From the human T2T-CHM13v2.0 reference genome, Homo sapiens, in the NCBI RefSeq assembly GCF_009914755.1, contig NC_060940.1: a stretch of 64,000 nt of DNA. The stretch is one strand, 5' to 3'. The position numbers were made by a program, and so were the translations under genes. Every line of letters starts with the position of its first letter. Within the stretch, counting starts at the first letter, position 1. Shown here in pieces: positions 42,408 through 57,600 of this stretch. The notes beneath the pieces were generated by a model. That model saw only the letters and a list, made by a program, of their open reading frames with translations, ran no database searches and was not told where the DNA came from.

Positions 42408-45400
42408 TCCGTACGATTCCACTCTGTGATGATTCCAAGTGATTGCATTCAATGATGATTCCTTTCGATTGCATTCGATTATGATTCATTTCGTGTTCAT
42501 TCTATGGTTCCACAGGTTTCCATTCGTGTCCATTCCATTATTCCATTCTATTCCATTTGATGATGATTCCATTCGATTCCATTCATTGGTGATTCCACTC
42601 AATTCCATTCAATGATTCCATTCCATTTCTTTCAACAATGATTCCATTAGTTTCTAATCGATGATCCACTTGATTCCATTTGACGACGATTCCATTCTTG
42701 TCCATTCGATGATTCCATTTGATTCCATATGATGATGATTCCATTCGATTCCATACCATGATGATTCCATTCGAGTCCATTCAATGGTGATTCCATTCAA
42801 TTCCATTCGATGATTCCTTTCGATTCCATTCAATGATGATGGCATTCGATTCCTTTCAATCATTCCCTTTGATTCCATTCAAAGGTGATTTCATTCAAGT
42901 CCATTCGATAATTGCATTCGATTCCATTCTATGATGATTCCATTCGAGTCCATTTGATGATTCCATTCAATTCAAGTCAATGATGATTCCATTCAATTCC
43001 ATTCGATGATTCCATTGGATTCCATTCGATGATGATTCCATTCAAATCCATTCGATAATTCAATTCAAGTCCATTCGATGATGATTCCAATCGAATCCAT
43101 TCAAAGATTCCATTCTGTTCCATTCGATGATTCCCTTAGATTCCATTCGATGATTCCACTTGATTGCATTTACGATGATTCCATTCGATTCCATGTGATG
43201 ATTCCATTCAATTCTATTCAATGATGTCTCCATTTGATTCCATTCGACCATGATTGCCTTTGATTCCATTCAATGATTCCATTCGGTTCCGTTTGATGAT
43301 GATTCCGTTCGATTCCATTTGATGATTCCATTTGATTCCATTGGATGAGTCCATTCGATTACACTCGATGATTATTCCATTCGAGTGCATTAGATGATTC
43401 CATTCGAGTCCATTCGATGATTCCATTCGATTCCATTCGATGTTGATTCTGTTCAAATCCATTCGATGATTCCACTCGATTCCATTCGTTGACTCCATTT
43501 GATCCCATTCGATGATTTCCTTTGATTCCCTTTGATGATCATTCCATTTGATTCAATTCGGTGATTTCATTTGATTCCATTCAGTGATGTTTCCATTCGA
43601 CTCCATTCGATGATGATTCCATTCGACTCCATTCGATTATGATTTCATTCAATTCCATTCGATAATGATTCCCTTCGAGTCCATTCGATGATTCCATTCG
43701 ATTCCATTCAACGATGATTTGATTCGTGTCCATTCGATGATTCCATTTGATTCCACTTGACGATGATTCCATTCGAGTCCATTTGATGATTCCATTCAAT
43801 TCCATACTCCGATGATTTCTTTTGAGCCCACTCAATGCTTCCACTCGATTCCATATGATGATGACTCCATTCGATGAAATTCGATGATGATTCCATTCGC
43901 TTGCTTGCGATGATGATTCCACTTGAGTCCGTTAGAAGATTCTATTCAATTACATTCCATGACGATTCCGTTCGAGTCCATTTGATGATTCCATTAGACT
44001 CCATTCGACGATGATTCCATTCGATGTTATTCCATGATTCCATTCGATCTCATTCGATGATGATTCCATTCAACTCCATTCGATGTTTCCATTCGAGTTC
44101 ATTCTATTATTCCATTAGATTCCATTCGATGATGATTCCATTCGATTCCATTTGATGATTGCATTCTATTTCATTTGATGATGATTCCATTCGAGTCCAC
44201 TCGATGATTCCATTCGAGTCCATTTAATGAATCCATTGGTTTCAATTCTATGATGATTACATTGGATTCCATTCGTTGATGAATTCATTCGGCTCCATTC
44301 AATGATGATTCCATTCAATTCCTTTCAATGTTTCCATTCAATTCCATACGATGATGATTCCATTTGATTTGATTCGACAGTGAGCCATTCGATTCAATTC
44401 CATGATGATTCTATTTGATTCAATTGGTTGACATTTCCATTCGATTCCATTCGATGATGATTCCCTTTGATTCCGTTCAAAGATGATTCCATTCTAGCCC
44501 ATTCAATCATTCCATTCGATTCTATTCAATGATGATTCCATTCATGTCGATTTGGTGATTCCATTTGACTTCATTTGATGATGATTCCTTTCAAGTTCAT
44601 TAGATGATTCCATTCGATTCCATTTGATGATGATCCCATTCGAGTCCATTCAGTGATTCCATTCGTTTCCATTCCATGATGATTCCATTCCTTTCCATTC
44701 AATGATTCCATTCGATTCCGTTTGATGATGATTTCATTCGAGTCCATTTGATGATTCCATTTGATTCCATTCGATGATGATTCCATTCGAGTCCATTCGA
44801 TGATTCTATTCGAATCCATTTGATGATTTCTTTTGATTATATTTGGTGATGATTCCATTGGAGTCCATTCAATGATTCCATTCGATTCCAATTGATGATG
44901 ATTCCATTAGAGTCCATTTAATGATTCCATTTGATTCCAGTCTCTGATGATTACATTCGAGTCCATACGATGATTCCACTCAATTCCATATGATGATGAT
45001 TCCATTCGATTCCATTCGATGATTCCATTCTATTCTATTCAATGGTGATTCCATTCGAGTACATTAGATGATTCCATTCGATTCCATTCAATGATGATTC
45101 TATTTGTGTCCCTTAGATGATTCCACATGATTCCATTAGATGATGATACTATTTGAGCCCATCCAATGATTCCCTTCGATTCCATTCGATGAGGATTCCA
45201 TTCGATTCAATTCATTGGTGATTCTATTCAATTCAATTCTTTGATTCCATTCCATTCCATTCGACAATGATTCCATTCGATTTCTTTCGATGATTCCACT
45301 CGATTCCACTTGACATTGATTCCATTCGATTCCATTCAATGATTCCATTTGATTCCAGTGGATGATGATTGCCATCGATTCCATTCGATCACTCCATTCT

Positions 45401-48400
45401 ATTCCATTTGATGATGATTACATTCGATTCCATTTGATGATTCCATCTGATTCTATTCGAGGATTCCATTTGATTCCATTCGATGATGATTCCATTCGAG
45501 TCCATTCGATGATTTCATTCGAGTACATCCAATGATTCCATTCGTGTCCATTTGATGATTCCATTTGTTTCCATTTGATTATGATTCTACTAGAGTCCAT
45601 TCAATGACTCCATTCGAGTGCATTCAACAATTCCATTCGACTCCATTCGATGATTGCATTCGATTCCATTTGATGATTCCATTCGAGTCCATTTAATCAT
45701 TACAGTCGAGTCCATTTGGTGATTCCACTGGATTTCTTTTGATAATGATACCATTCCATTACATTTGATGATGATCCCATTCAATTTCATTTGATGATGA
45801 TTCCCTTAGAGTCCATTCGATGATTTCATTCGAGTCCTTTCATTGATTCCATCCGATTTCATTTGATGATGACTCCATTCGAGTCCATTCGATGATTCCA
45901 CTCGATTCCATTAGATGATTCCATTGGAGTCCATTTCATTGTTCCATTCGATTCCATTCGATTCCTTTCGAAGATTATTCCATTTGAGTCCATTCGATGA
46001 TGATTACATTCCATTCCATTCGATGATTCCATTTGATTCCATTTGATGATTCCCTTCGATTCCTTTCTTTGATGACTGCATTCCATTCCATTCAATGTTT
46101 CCATTCGAATCTATTCCATGATGATTCCTTTCGATTCCATTCGCTGATGTTTCCGTTCAATTCCATTCGATGATGATTCCATTCGATTCCATTCATTGAG
46201 GATTCCATTTGATTCCATTCAATGATGATTCCGTTCTATTCCATTCAATGATTGCATTCAATTCCATTCAATGATTATCCCATTAGAGTAAACTCAACGA
46301 TTCCATTCAATACCATTCGATGATGATTCCTTTTGAGTTCATTCAATGATTTCATTCAAGTCCATTTGATGATTCCTTTCAATTCCATTCTATGATGATT
46401 CCATTCGAGTCCATTCGATGATTCCATTCGATTGCATTCCATGATTCCATTATATTCCATTCAACGGTGATTCCATTCGAGTCCATTCGATGATTCCATT
46501 AGAGTACATTTAATGATTGCTTTGTTTTCAATTCGAAGATGATTACATTCGATTCCATTCTATGATACCATTCGATTCCATTCAATGATGATTCCACTCA
46601 AATCCATTGGATGATTCCATTCGTGTCCATTCGGTGATTTCATTAGATTCCATTCGAGGATGATTCCTTTCGATTCCATTCGATGATTCCATTCAATTCC
46701 ATTCGATGATGATTCCATTCGAGTCCATATGATCATTCCATTTGATTTCATTCGATGATGATTCCATTCGATTCCATTCGATGATTCCATTCTATTCCTT
46801 TCGATGATGATTCCATTCGAGTCCATTCGATGATTCCATTCGAGTCCATTTAATGATTCCATTGGGTTCAATTCGATGATGATTACATTGGATTCCGTTC
46901 TATGATTCCATTCAATTCCGTTCATTGACAATTTGATTCCATTCGATGATGATTCCATTTGAGTTCATTCGATGATTCTATTCGATTCTCTTCGATGGTG
47001 ATTCAATTATATTATATTGGATGATGCCATTCGATTCCATTTGATGTTGATTCAATTCGATTCTATTCGATGATGATTCCATTGGATTTCACTTGATGAT
47101 TCTATTCGATTCCATTCAATGATGATTCACTTCTCGTCCATTGGATGGTTCCATTTCATTCCATTCGATGATGATTCCATTCGATTCCATTCGATGATTC
47201 CATTTGATTCCATTCGACGGTGACCAATTCGATTCAATTCCATGATGATTCTATTTGATTCAATTAGATGATGTTTCCATTCGAATCCATTCCATGATTA
47301 TTCCATTGGAATCCATTCGGCGATGATTCCATATGAGTCAATTCAATGATGATTCCATATGGGTCCGTTCGATGATAATTCCATTTGATTTCATTCGATG
47401 CTTCTATTCAATTCCAGTTGATGATGATTCCGTTGGAGTCCATACGATGATTCCATTTGATTTCATTTGATGATGATTCCATTCGATTCCATTCGATGAT
47501 GATTACATTGGATTCCATTCTATGATTCCATTCAATTCCATTCGTTGATGATTCGATTCCATTCAATGATGATTCCATTTGAGTTCATTCGATGATTCTA
47601 TTCGATTCCGTTCGATGGTGATTCAATTCTCTTATATTGGATGATTCCACTCGATTCCATTTGATGATTATTCCATTGGAGTCCACTTAGTGAATCCTTT
47701 AGATTCTACTCGAAGATGATTCCATTCGAGTCCATTCGATGGTACCATTCAATTCCATTCGTTGATGCTTCCATTCAAGTGCATTCAATGATATCATTCG
47801 ATTCCATTTGATGATAATTCCATTTGATTCCATGCGATGATTCTATTCGATTCCATTCAATGATAATTCCATTCAATTCAGTGATTCCTCTGGACTCCAT
47901 TTGATGATGATTCCATTCAATGATTCCATTCGATTCTATTCGAAAATGATTCCATTTGAATCCATTTGATGATGATTCCATTAGATTCCATTTGATGATT
48001 CTATTCGATTCCATTCGACGATGATTCCATTCGATTCCATTTGATGATTCCATTCTATTCTATTCGATGATGATTCCATTCGATTCCATTCGATGATGAT
48101 TGGATTCGATTCCATTTGATGATTTCATTTGATTCCATTCGATAATGATTTTGATCAATTCCATTCGATGATTCCATTCGATTCCATTCGATAATGATTA
48201 CATCCGAGTCCATTCGATGATTCCATTTGAGCCCGTTCGATAATTCCATTTGAGTCCAATCAATGATTGCATTCATTTCCATTCAATGATTCCATTCGAG
48301 TCCATTTGATCATTCCGGTAGGGTCCGTTCGATGTTGATTCCATTGGAGTGCATTCGATGATTCCATTCGAGTCCAATTTATGATTTGGTTCGAGTCCTT

Positions 48401-48529
48401 TCGATGATTCCATTCGATTCCACTCGATGATGATTTCATTCGAGTCCATTCGACACTTCCAATCGATTCCATTTGATGTTTCCTTTCGAGTCCAATTGAT
48501 GATTCCATTCAATTCCATTCGATGATGAT
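42408..48529 (+). repeat. Macro-unit 8 (6122 bp, full B-type; near copy of unit 6)
   Basis: Landmark 42193 to 48315; extra 10 bp at 47477-47496; GAATTC 44281, GGTACC 47741. Confidence 0.9.
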
Positions 48530-51500
48530 TCCGTACGATTCCACTCTGTGATGATTCCAAGTGATTGCATTCAATGATGATTCCTTTCGATTGCATTCGA
48601 TTATGATTCATTTCGTGTTCATTCTATGGTTCCACAGGTTTCCATTCGTGTCCATTCCATTATTCCATTCTATTCCATTTGATGATGATTCCATTCGATT
48701 CCATTCATTGGTGATTCCACTCAATTCCATTCAATGATTCCATTCCATTTCTTTCAACAATGATTCCATTAGTTTCTAATCGATGATCCACTTGGTTCCA
48801 TTTGACGACGATTCCATTCTTGTCCATTCGATGATTCCATTTGATTCCATATGATGATGATTCCATTCGATTCCATACCATGATGATTCCATTCGAGTCC
48901 ATTCAATGGTGATTCCATTCAATTCCATTCGATGATTCCTTTCGATTCCATTCAATGATGATGGCATTCGATTCCTTTCAATCATTCCCTTTGATTCCAT
49001 TCAAAGGTGATTTCATTCAAGTCCATTCGATAATTGCATTCGATTCCATTCTATGATGATTCCATTCGAGTCCATTTGATGATTCCATTCAATTCAAGTC
49101 AATGATGATTCCATTCAATTCCATTCGATGATTCCATTGGATTCCATTCGATGATGATTCCATTCAAATCCATTCGATAATTCAATTCAAGTCCATTCGA
49201 TGATGATTCCAATCGAATCCATTCAAAGATTCCATTCTGTTCCATTCGATGATTCCCTTAGATTCCATTCGATGATTCCACTTGATTGCATTTACGATGA
49301 TTCCATTCGATTCCATGTGATGATTCCATTCAATTCTATTCAATGATGTCTCCATTTGATTCCATTCGACCATGATTGCCTTTGATTCCATTCAATGATT
49401 CCATTCGGTTCCGTTTGATGATGATTCCGTTCGATTCCATTTGATGATTCCATTTGATTCCATTGGATGAGTCCATTCGATTACATTCGATGATTATTCC
49501 ATTCGAGTGCATTAGATGATTCCATTCGAGTCCATTCGATGATTCCATTCGATTCCATTCGATGTTGATTCTGTTCAAATCCATTCGATGATTCCACTCG
49601 ATTCCATTCGTTGACTCCATTTGATCCCATTTGATGATTTCCTTTGATTCCCTTTGATGATCATTCCATTTGATTCAATTCGGTGATTTCATTTGATTCC
49701 ATTCAGTGATGTTTCCATTCGACTCCATTCGATGATGATTCCATTCGACTCCATTCGATTATGATTTCATTCAATTCCATTCGATAATGATTCCCTTCGA
49801 GTCCATTCGATGATTCCATTCGATTCCATTCAACGATGATTTGATTCGTGTCCATTCGATGATTCCATTTGATTCCACTTGACGATGATTCCATTCGAGT
49901 CCATTTGATGATTCCATTCAATTCCATACTCCGATGATTTCTTTTGAGCCCACTCAATGCTTCCACTCGATTCCATATGATGATGACTCCATTCGATGAA
50001 ATTCGATGATGATTCCATTCGCTTGCTTTCGATGATGATTCCACTTGAGTCCGTTAGAAGATTCTATTCAATTACATTCCATGACGATTCCGTTCGAGTC
50101 CATTTGATGATTCCATTAGACTCCATTCGACGATGATTCCATTCGATGTTATTCCATGATTCCATTCGATCTCATTCGATGATGATTCCATTCAACTCCA
50201 TTCGATGTTTCCATTCGAGTTCATTCTATTATTCCATTAGATTCCATTCGATGATGATTCCATTCGATTCCATTTGATGATTGCATTCTATTTCATTTGA
50301 TGATGATTCCATTCGAGTCCACTCGATGATTCCATTCGAGTCCATTTAATGAATCCATTGGTTTCAATTCTATGATGATTACATTGGATTACATTCGTTG
50401 ATGATTTCATTCGGTTCCATTCAATGATGATTCCATTCAATTCCTTTCAATGTTTCCATTCAATTCCATACGATGATGATTCCATTTGATTTGATTCGAC
50501 AGTGAGCCATTCGATTCAATTCCATGATGATTCTATTTGATTCAATTGGTTGACATTTCCATTCGATTCCATTCGATGATGATTCCCTTTGATTCCGTTC
50601 CAAGATGATTCCATTCTAGCCCATTCAATCATTCCATTCGATTCTATTCAATGATGATTCCATTCATGTCGATTTGGTGATTCCATTTGACTTCATTTGA
50701 TGATGATTCCTTTCAAGTTCATTAGATGATTCCATTCGATTCCATTTGATGATGATCCCATTCGAGTCCATTCAGTGATTCCATTCGTTTCCATTCCATG
50801 ATGATTCCATTCCTTTCCATTCAATGATTCCATTCGATTCCGTTTGATGATGATTTCATTCGAGTCCATTTGATGATTCCATTTGATTCCATTCGATGAT
50901 GATTCCATTCGAGTCCATTCGATGATTCTATTCGAATCCATTTGATGATTTCTTTTGATTATTTTTGGTGATGATTCCATTGGAGTCCATTCAATGATTC
51001 CATTCTATTCCAATCGATGATGATTCCATTAGAGTCCATTTAATGATTCCATTGGATTCCAGTCTCTGATGATTACATTCGAGTCCATACGATGATTCCA
51101 CTCAATTCCATATGATGATGATTCCATTTGATTCCATTCGGTGATTCCATTCTATTCTATTCAATGGTGATTCCATTCGAGTACATTAGATGATTCCATT
51201 CGATTCCATTCAATGATGATTCTATTTGTGTCCCTTAGATGATTCCACATGATTCCATTACATGATGATACTATTTGAGCCCATCCAATGATTCCCTTCG
51301 ATTCCATTCGATGAGGATTCCATTCGATTCAATTCATTGGTGATTCTATTCAATTCAATTCTTTGATTCCATTCCATTCCATTCGACAATGATTCCATTC
51401 GATTTCTTTCGATGATTCCACTCGATTCCACTTGACATTGATTCCATTCGATTCCATTCAATGATTCCATTTGATTCCAGTGGATGATGATTGCCATCGA

Positions 51501-54500
51501 TTCCATTCGATCACTCCATTCTATTCCATTTGATGATGATTACATTCGATTCCATTTGATGATTCCATCTGATTCTATTCGAGGATTCCATTTGATTCCA
51601 TTCGATGATGATTCCATTCGAGTCCATTTGATGATTTCATTCGAGTACATCCAATGATTCCATTCGAGTCCATTAGATGATTCCATTTGATTCCATTTGA
51701 AAATGATTCTACTAGAGTCCATTCAATGACTCCATTCGAGTCCATTCAACAATTCCATTCGACTCCATTCGATGATTCCATTCGATTCCATTTGATGGTT
51801 CCATTCGAGTCCATTTAATCATTACGGTCGAGTCCATTTGGTGATTCCAATGGATTTCTTTTGATAATGATACCATTCCATTACATTTGATGATGATCCC
51901 ATTCAATTTCATTTGATGATGATTCCATTAGAGTCCATTCGATGATTTCATTCGAGTCCCTTCATTGATTCCATCCGATTTCATTGGATGATGACTCCAT
52001 TCGAGTCCATTCGATGATTCCACTCGATTCCATTAGATGACTCCATTGGAGTCCATTTGATTGTTCCATTCGATTCCATTCGATTCCTTTCGAAGATTAT
52101 TCCATTTGAGTCCATTCGATGATGATTCCATTCCATTCCATTCGATGATTCCGTTTGATTCCATTCGATGATTCCCTTCGATTCCTTTCTTTGATGATTC
52201 CATTCCATTCCATTCAATGATTCCATTCGAATCTATTCCATGATGATTCCTTTCGATTCCATTCGCTGATGTTTCCGTTCAATTCCATTCGATGATGATT
52301 CCATTCGATTCCATTCATTGAGGATTCCATTTGATTCCATTCAATGATGATTCCATTCTATTCCATTCAATGATTGCATTCAATTCCATTCAATGATTAT
52401 CCCATTAGAGTAAACTCAACGATTCCATTCAATACCATTCAATGATGATTCCTTTTGAGTCCATTCAATGATTTCATTCAAGTCCATTTGATGATTCCTT
52501 TCAATTCCATTCTATGATGATTCCATTCGAGTCCATTCGATGATTCCATTCGATTGCATTCGATGATTCCATTATATTCCATTCAACGATGATTCCATTC
52601 GAGTCCATTCCATGATTCCATTAGAGTACATTTAATGATTGCTTTGTTTTCAATTCGAAGATGATTACATTGGATTCCATTCTATGATACCATTCGATTC
52701 CATTCAATGATGATTCCACTCAAATCCATTGGATGATTCCATTCGTGTCCATTCGGTGATTTCATTAGATTCCATTCGAGGATGATTCCATTCGATTCCA
52801 TTCGATGATTCCATTCAATTCCATTCGATGATGATTCCATTCCAGTCCATATGATCATTCCATTTGATTTCATTCGATGATGATTCCATTCGATTCCTTT
52901 CGACGATTCCATTCTATTCCATTCGATGATGATTCCATTCGAGTCCATTCGATGATTCCATTCGAGTCCATTTAATGATTCCATTGGGTTCAATTCAATG
53001 ATGATTACATTGGATTCCGTTCTATGATTCCATTCAATTCCGTTCATTGACAATTTGATTCCATTCGATGATGATTCCATTTGAGTTCATTCGATGATTC
53101 TATTCGATTCTCTTCGATGGTGATTCAATTCTATTATATTGGATGATTCCATTCGATTCCATTTGATGTTGATTCAATTCGATTCTATTCGATGATGATT
53201 CCATTGGATTTCACTTGATGATTCTATTCGATTCCATTCAATGATGATTCACTTCTCGTCCATTGGATGATTCCATTTCATTCCATTCGATGATGATTCC
53301 ATTCGATTCCATTCGATGATTCCATTTGATTCCATGCGACGGTGAGCAATTCGATTCAATTCCATGATGATTCTATTTGATTCAATTAGATGATGTTTCC
53401 ATTCGAATCCATTCCATGATTATTCCATTGGAATCCATTCGGCGATGATTCCATATGAGTCAATTCAATGATGATTCCATATGGGTCCGTTCGATGATAA
53501 TTCCATTTGATTTCATTCGATGCTTCTATTCTATTCCAGTCGATGATGATTCCGTTGGAGTCCATACGATGATTCCATTTGATTTCATTTGATGATGATT
53601 CCATTCGATGATGATTACATTGGATTCCATTCTATGATTCCATTCAATTCCATTCGTTGATGATTCGATTCCATTCAATGATGATTCCATTTGAGTTCAT
53701 TCGATGATTCTATTCGATTCCGTTCGATGGTGATTCAATTCTATTATATTGGATGATTCCACTCGATTCCATTTGATGATTATTCCATTGGAGTCCACTT
53801 AGTGAATCCTTTAGATTCTACTCGACGATGATTCCATTCGAGTCCATTCGATGATACCATTCAATTCCATTCGTTGATGCTTCCATTCAAGTGCATTCGA
53901 TGATATCATTCGATTCCATTTGATGATAATTCCATTTGATTCCATGCGATGATTCTATTCGATTCCATTCAATGATAATTCCATTCAATTCAGTGATTCC
54001 TCTGGACTCCATTTGATGATGATTCCATTCAATGATTCCATTCGATTCTATTCGAAAATGATTCCATTTGAATCCATTTGATGATGATTCCATTAGATTC
54101 CATTTGATGATTCCATTCGATTCCATTCGACGATGATTCCATTCGATTCCGTTTGATGATTCCATTCTATTCTATTCGATGATGATTCCATTCGATTCCA
54201 TTCGATGATGATTGGATTCGATTCCATTTGATGATTTCATTTGATTCCATTCGTTAATGATTTCGATCAATTCCATTCGATGATTCCATTTGATTCCATT
54301 CGATAATGATTACATCCGAGTCCATTCGATGATTCCCTTTGAGCCTGTTCGATAATTCCATTTGAGTCCAACCAATGATTCCATTCATTTCCATTCAATG
54401 ATTCCATTCGAGTTCATTTGATCATTCCGGTAGGGTCCATTCGATGTTGATTCCATTGGAGTGCATTCGATGATTCCATTCGAGTCCATTTTAGGATTTG

Positions 54501-54641
54501 ATTCGAGTCCTTTCGATGATTCCATTCGATTCCACTCGATGATGATTTCATTCGAGTCCATTCGACACTTCCAATCGATTCCATTTGATGATTCCATTCG
54601 AGTCCAATTGATGATTCCATTCAATTCCTTTCGATGATGAT
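48530..54641 (+). repeat. Macro-unit 9 (6112 bp; B-to-A hybrid, first ~4 kb a near copy of unit 7)
   Basis: Landmark 48315 to 54427; shares private variants with unit 7 at 48795, 50391, 51261 and 52441. Confidence 0.88.
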
Positions 54642-57600
54642 TCCGTACGATTCCATTCTGTGATGATTCCATGTGATTGCATTCAATGATGATTCCTTTC
54701 GATTGCATTCGATTATGATTCATTTCGTGTTCATTCTATGGTTCCACAGGTTTCCATTCGTGTCCATTCCATTATTCCATTCTATTCCATTTGATGATGA
54801 TTCCATTCGATTCCATTCATTGGTGATTCCACTCAATTCCATTCAATGATTCCATTCCATTTCTTTCAACAATGATTCCATTAGTTTCTAATCGATGATC
54901 CACTTGATTCCATTTGACGACGATTCCATTCTTGTCCATTCGATGATTCCATTTGATTCCATATGATGATGATTCCATTCGATTCCATACCATGATGATT
55001 CCATTCGAGTCCATTCAATGGTGATTCCATTCAATTCCATTCGATGATTCCTTTCGATTCCATTCAATGATGATGGCATTCGATTCCTTTCAATCATTCC
55101 CTTTGATTCCATTCAAAGGTGATTTCATTCAAGTCCATTCGATAATTGCATTCGATTCCATTCTATGATGATTCCATTCGAGTCCATTTGATGATTCCAT
55201 TCAATTCAAGTCAATGATGATTCCATTCGATTCCATTCGATGATTCCATTGGATTCCATTCGATGATGATTCCATTCAAATCCATTCGATAATTCAATTC
55301 AAGTCCATTCGATGATGATTCCAATCGAATCCATTCAAAGATTCCATTCAGTTCCATTCGATGATTCCCTTAGATTCCATTCGATAATTCCACTTGATTG
55401 CATTTACGATGATTCCATTCGATTCCATGTGATGATTCCATTCAATTCTATTCAATGATGTCTCCATTTGATTCCATTCGACCATGATTGCCTTTGATTC
55501 CATTCAATGATTCCATTCGGTTCCGTTTGATGATGATTCCGTTCGATTCCATTTGATGATTCCATTTGATTCCATTGGATGAGTCCATTCGATTACATTC
55601 GATGATTATTCCATTCGAGTGCATTAGATGATTCCATTCGAGTCCATTCGATGATTCCATTCGATTCCATTCGATGTTGATTCTGTTCAAATCCATTCGA
55701 TGATTCCACTCGATTCCATTCGTTGACTCCATTTGATCCCATTCGATGATTTCCTTTGATTCCCTTTGATGATCATTCCATTTGATTCAATTCGGTGATT
55801 TCATTTGATTCCATTCAGTGATGTTTCCATTCGACTCCATTCGATGATGATTCCATTCGACTCCATTCGATTATGATTTCATTCAATTCCATTCGATAAT
55901 GATTCCCTTCGAGTCCATTCGATGATTCCATTCGATTCCATTCAACGATGATTTGATTCGTGTCCATTCGATGATTCCATTTGATTCCACTTGATGATGA
56001 TTCCATTCGAGTCCATTTGATGATTCCATTCAATTCCATACTCCGATGATTTCTTTTGAGCCCACTCAATGCTTCCACTCGATTCCATATGATGATGACT
56101 CCATTCGATGAAATTCGATGATGATTCCATTCGCTTGCTTTCGATGATGATTCCACTTGAGTCCGTTAGAAGATTCTATTCAATTACATTCCATGACGAT
56201 TCCGTTCGAGTCCATTTGATGATTCCATTAGACTCCATTCGACGATGATTCCATTCGATGTTATTCCATGATTCCATTCGATCTCATTCGATGATGATTC
56301 CATTCAACTCCATTCGATGTTTCCATTCGAGTTCATTCTATTATTCCATTAGATTCCATTCGATGATGATTCCATTCGATTCCATTTGATGATTGCATTC
56401 TATTTCATTTGATGATGATTCCATTCGAGTCCACTCGATGATTCCATTCGAGTCCATTTAATGAATCCATTGGTTTCAATTCTATGATGATTACATTGGA
56501 TTCCATTCGTTGATGATTTCATTCGGTTCCATTCAATGATGATTCCATTCAATTCCTTTCAATGTTTCCATTCAATTCCATACGATGATGATTCCATTTG
56601 ATTTGATTCGACAGTGAGCCATTCGATTCAATTCCATGATGATTCTATTTGATTCAATTGGTTGACATTTCCATTCGATTCCATTCGATGATGATTCCCT
56701 TTGATTCCGTTCCAAGATGATTCCATTCTAGCCCATTCAATCATTCCATTCGATTCTATTCAATGATGATTCCATTCATGTCGATTTGGTGATTCCATTT
56801 GACTTCATTTGATGATGATTCCTTTCAAGTTCATTAGATGATTCCATTCGATTCCATTTGATGATGATCCCATTCGAGTCCATTCAGTGATTCCATTCGT
56901 TTCCATTCCATGATGATTCCATTCCTTTCCATTCAATGATTCCATTCGATTCCGTTTGATGATGATTTCATTCGAGTCCATTTGATGATTCCATTTGATT
57001 CCATTCGATGATGATTCCATTCGAGTCCATTCGATGATTCTATTCGAATCCATTTGATGATTTCTTTTGATTATATTTGGTGATGATTCCATTGGAGTCC
57101 ATTCAATGATTCCATTCTATTCCAATCGATGATGATTCCATTAGAGTCCATTTAATGATTCCATTTGATTCCAGTCTCTGATGATTACATTCGAGTCCAT
57201 ACGATGATTCCACTCAATTCCATATGATGATGATTCCATTTGATTCCATTCGGTGATTCCATTCTATTCTATTCAATGGTGATTCCATTCGAGTACATTA
57301 GATGATTCCATTCGATTCCATTCAATGATGATTCTATTTGTGTCCCTTAGATGATTCCACATGATTCCATTAGATGATGATACTATTTGAGCCCATCCAA
57401 TGATTCCCTTCGATTCCATTCGATGAGGATTCCATTCGATTCAATTCATTGGTGATTCTATTCAATTCAATTCTTTGATTCCATTCCATTCCATTCGACA
57501 ATGATTCCATTCGATTACTTTCGATGATTCCACTCGATTCCACTTGACATTGATTCCATTCGATTCCATTCAATGATTCCATTTGATTCCAGTGGATGAT

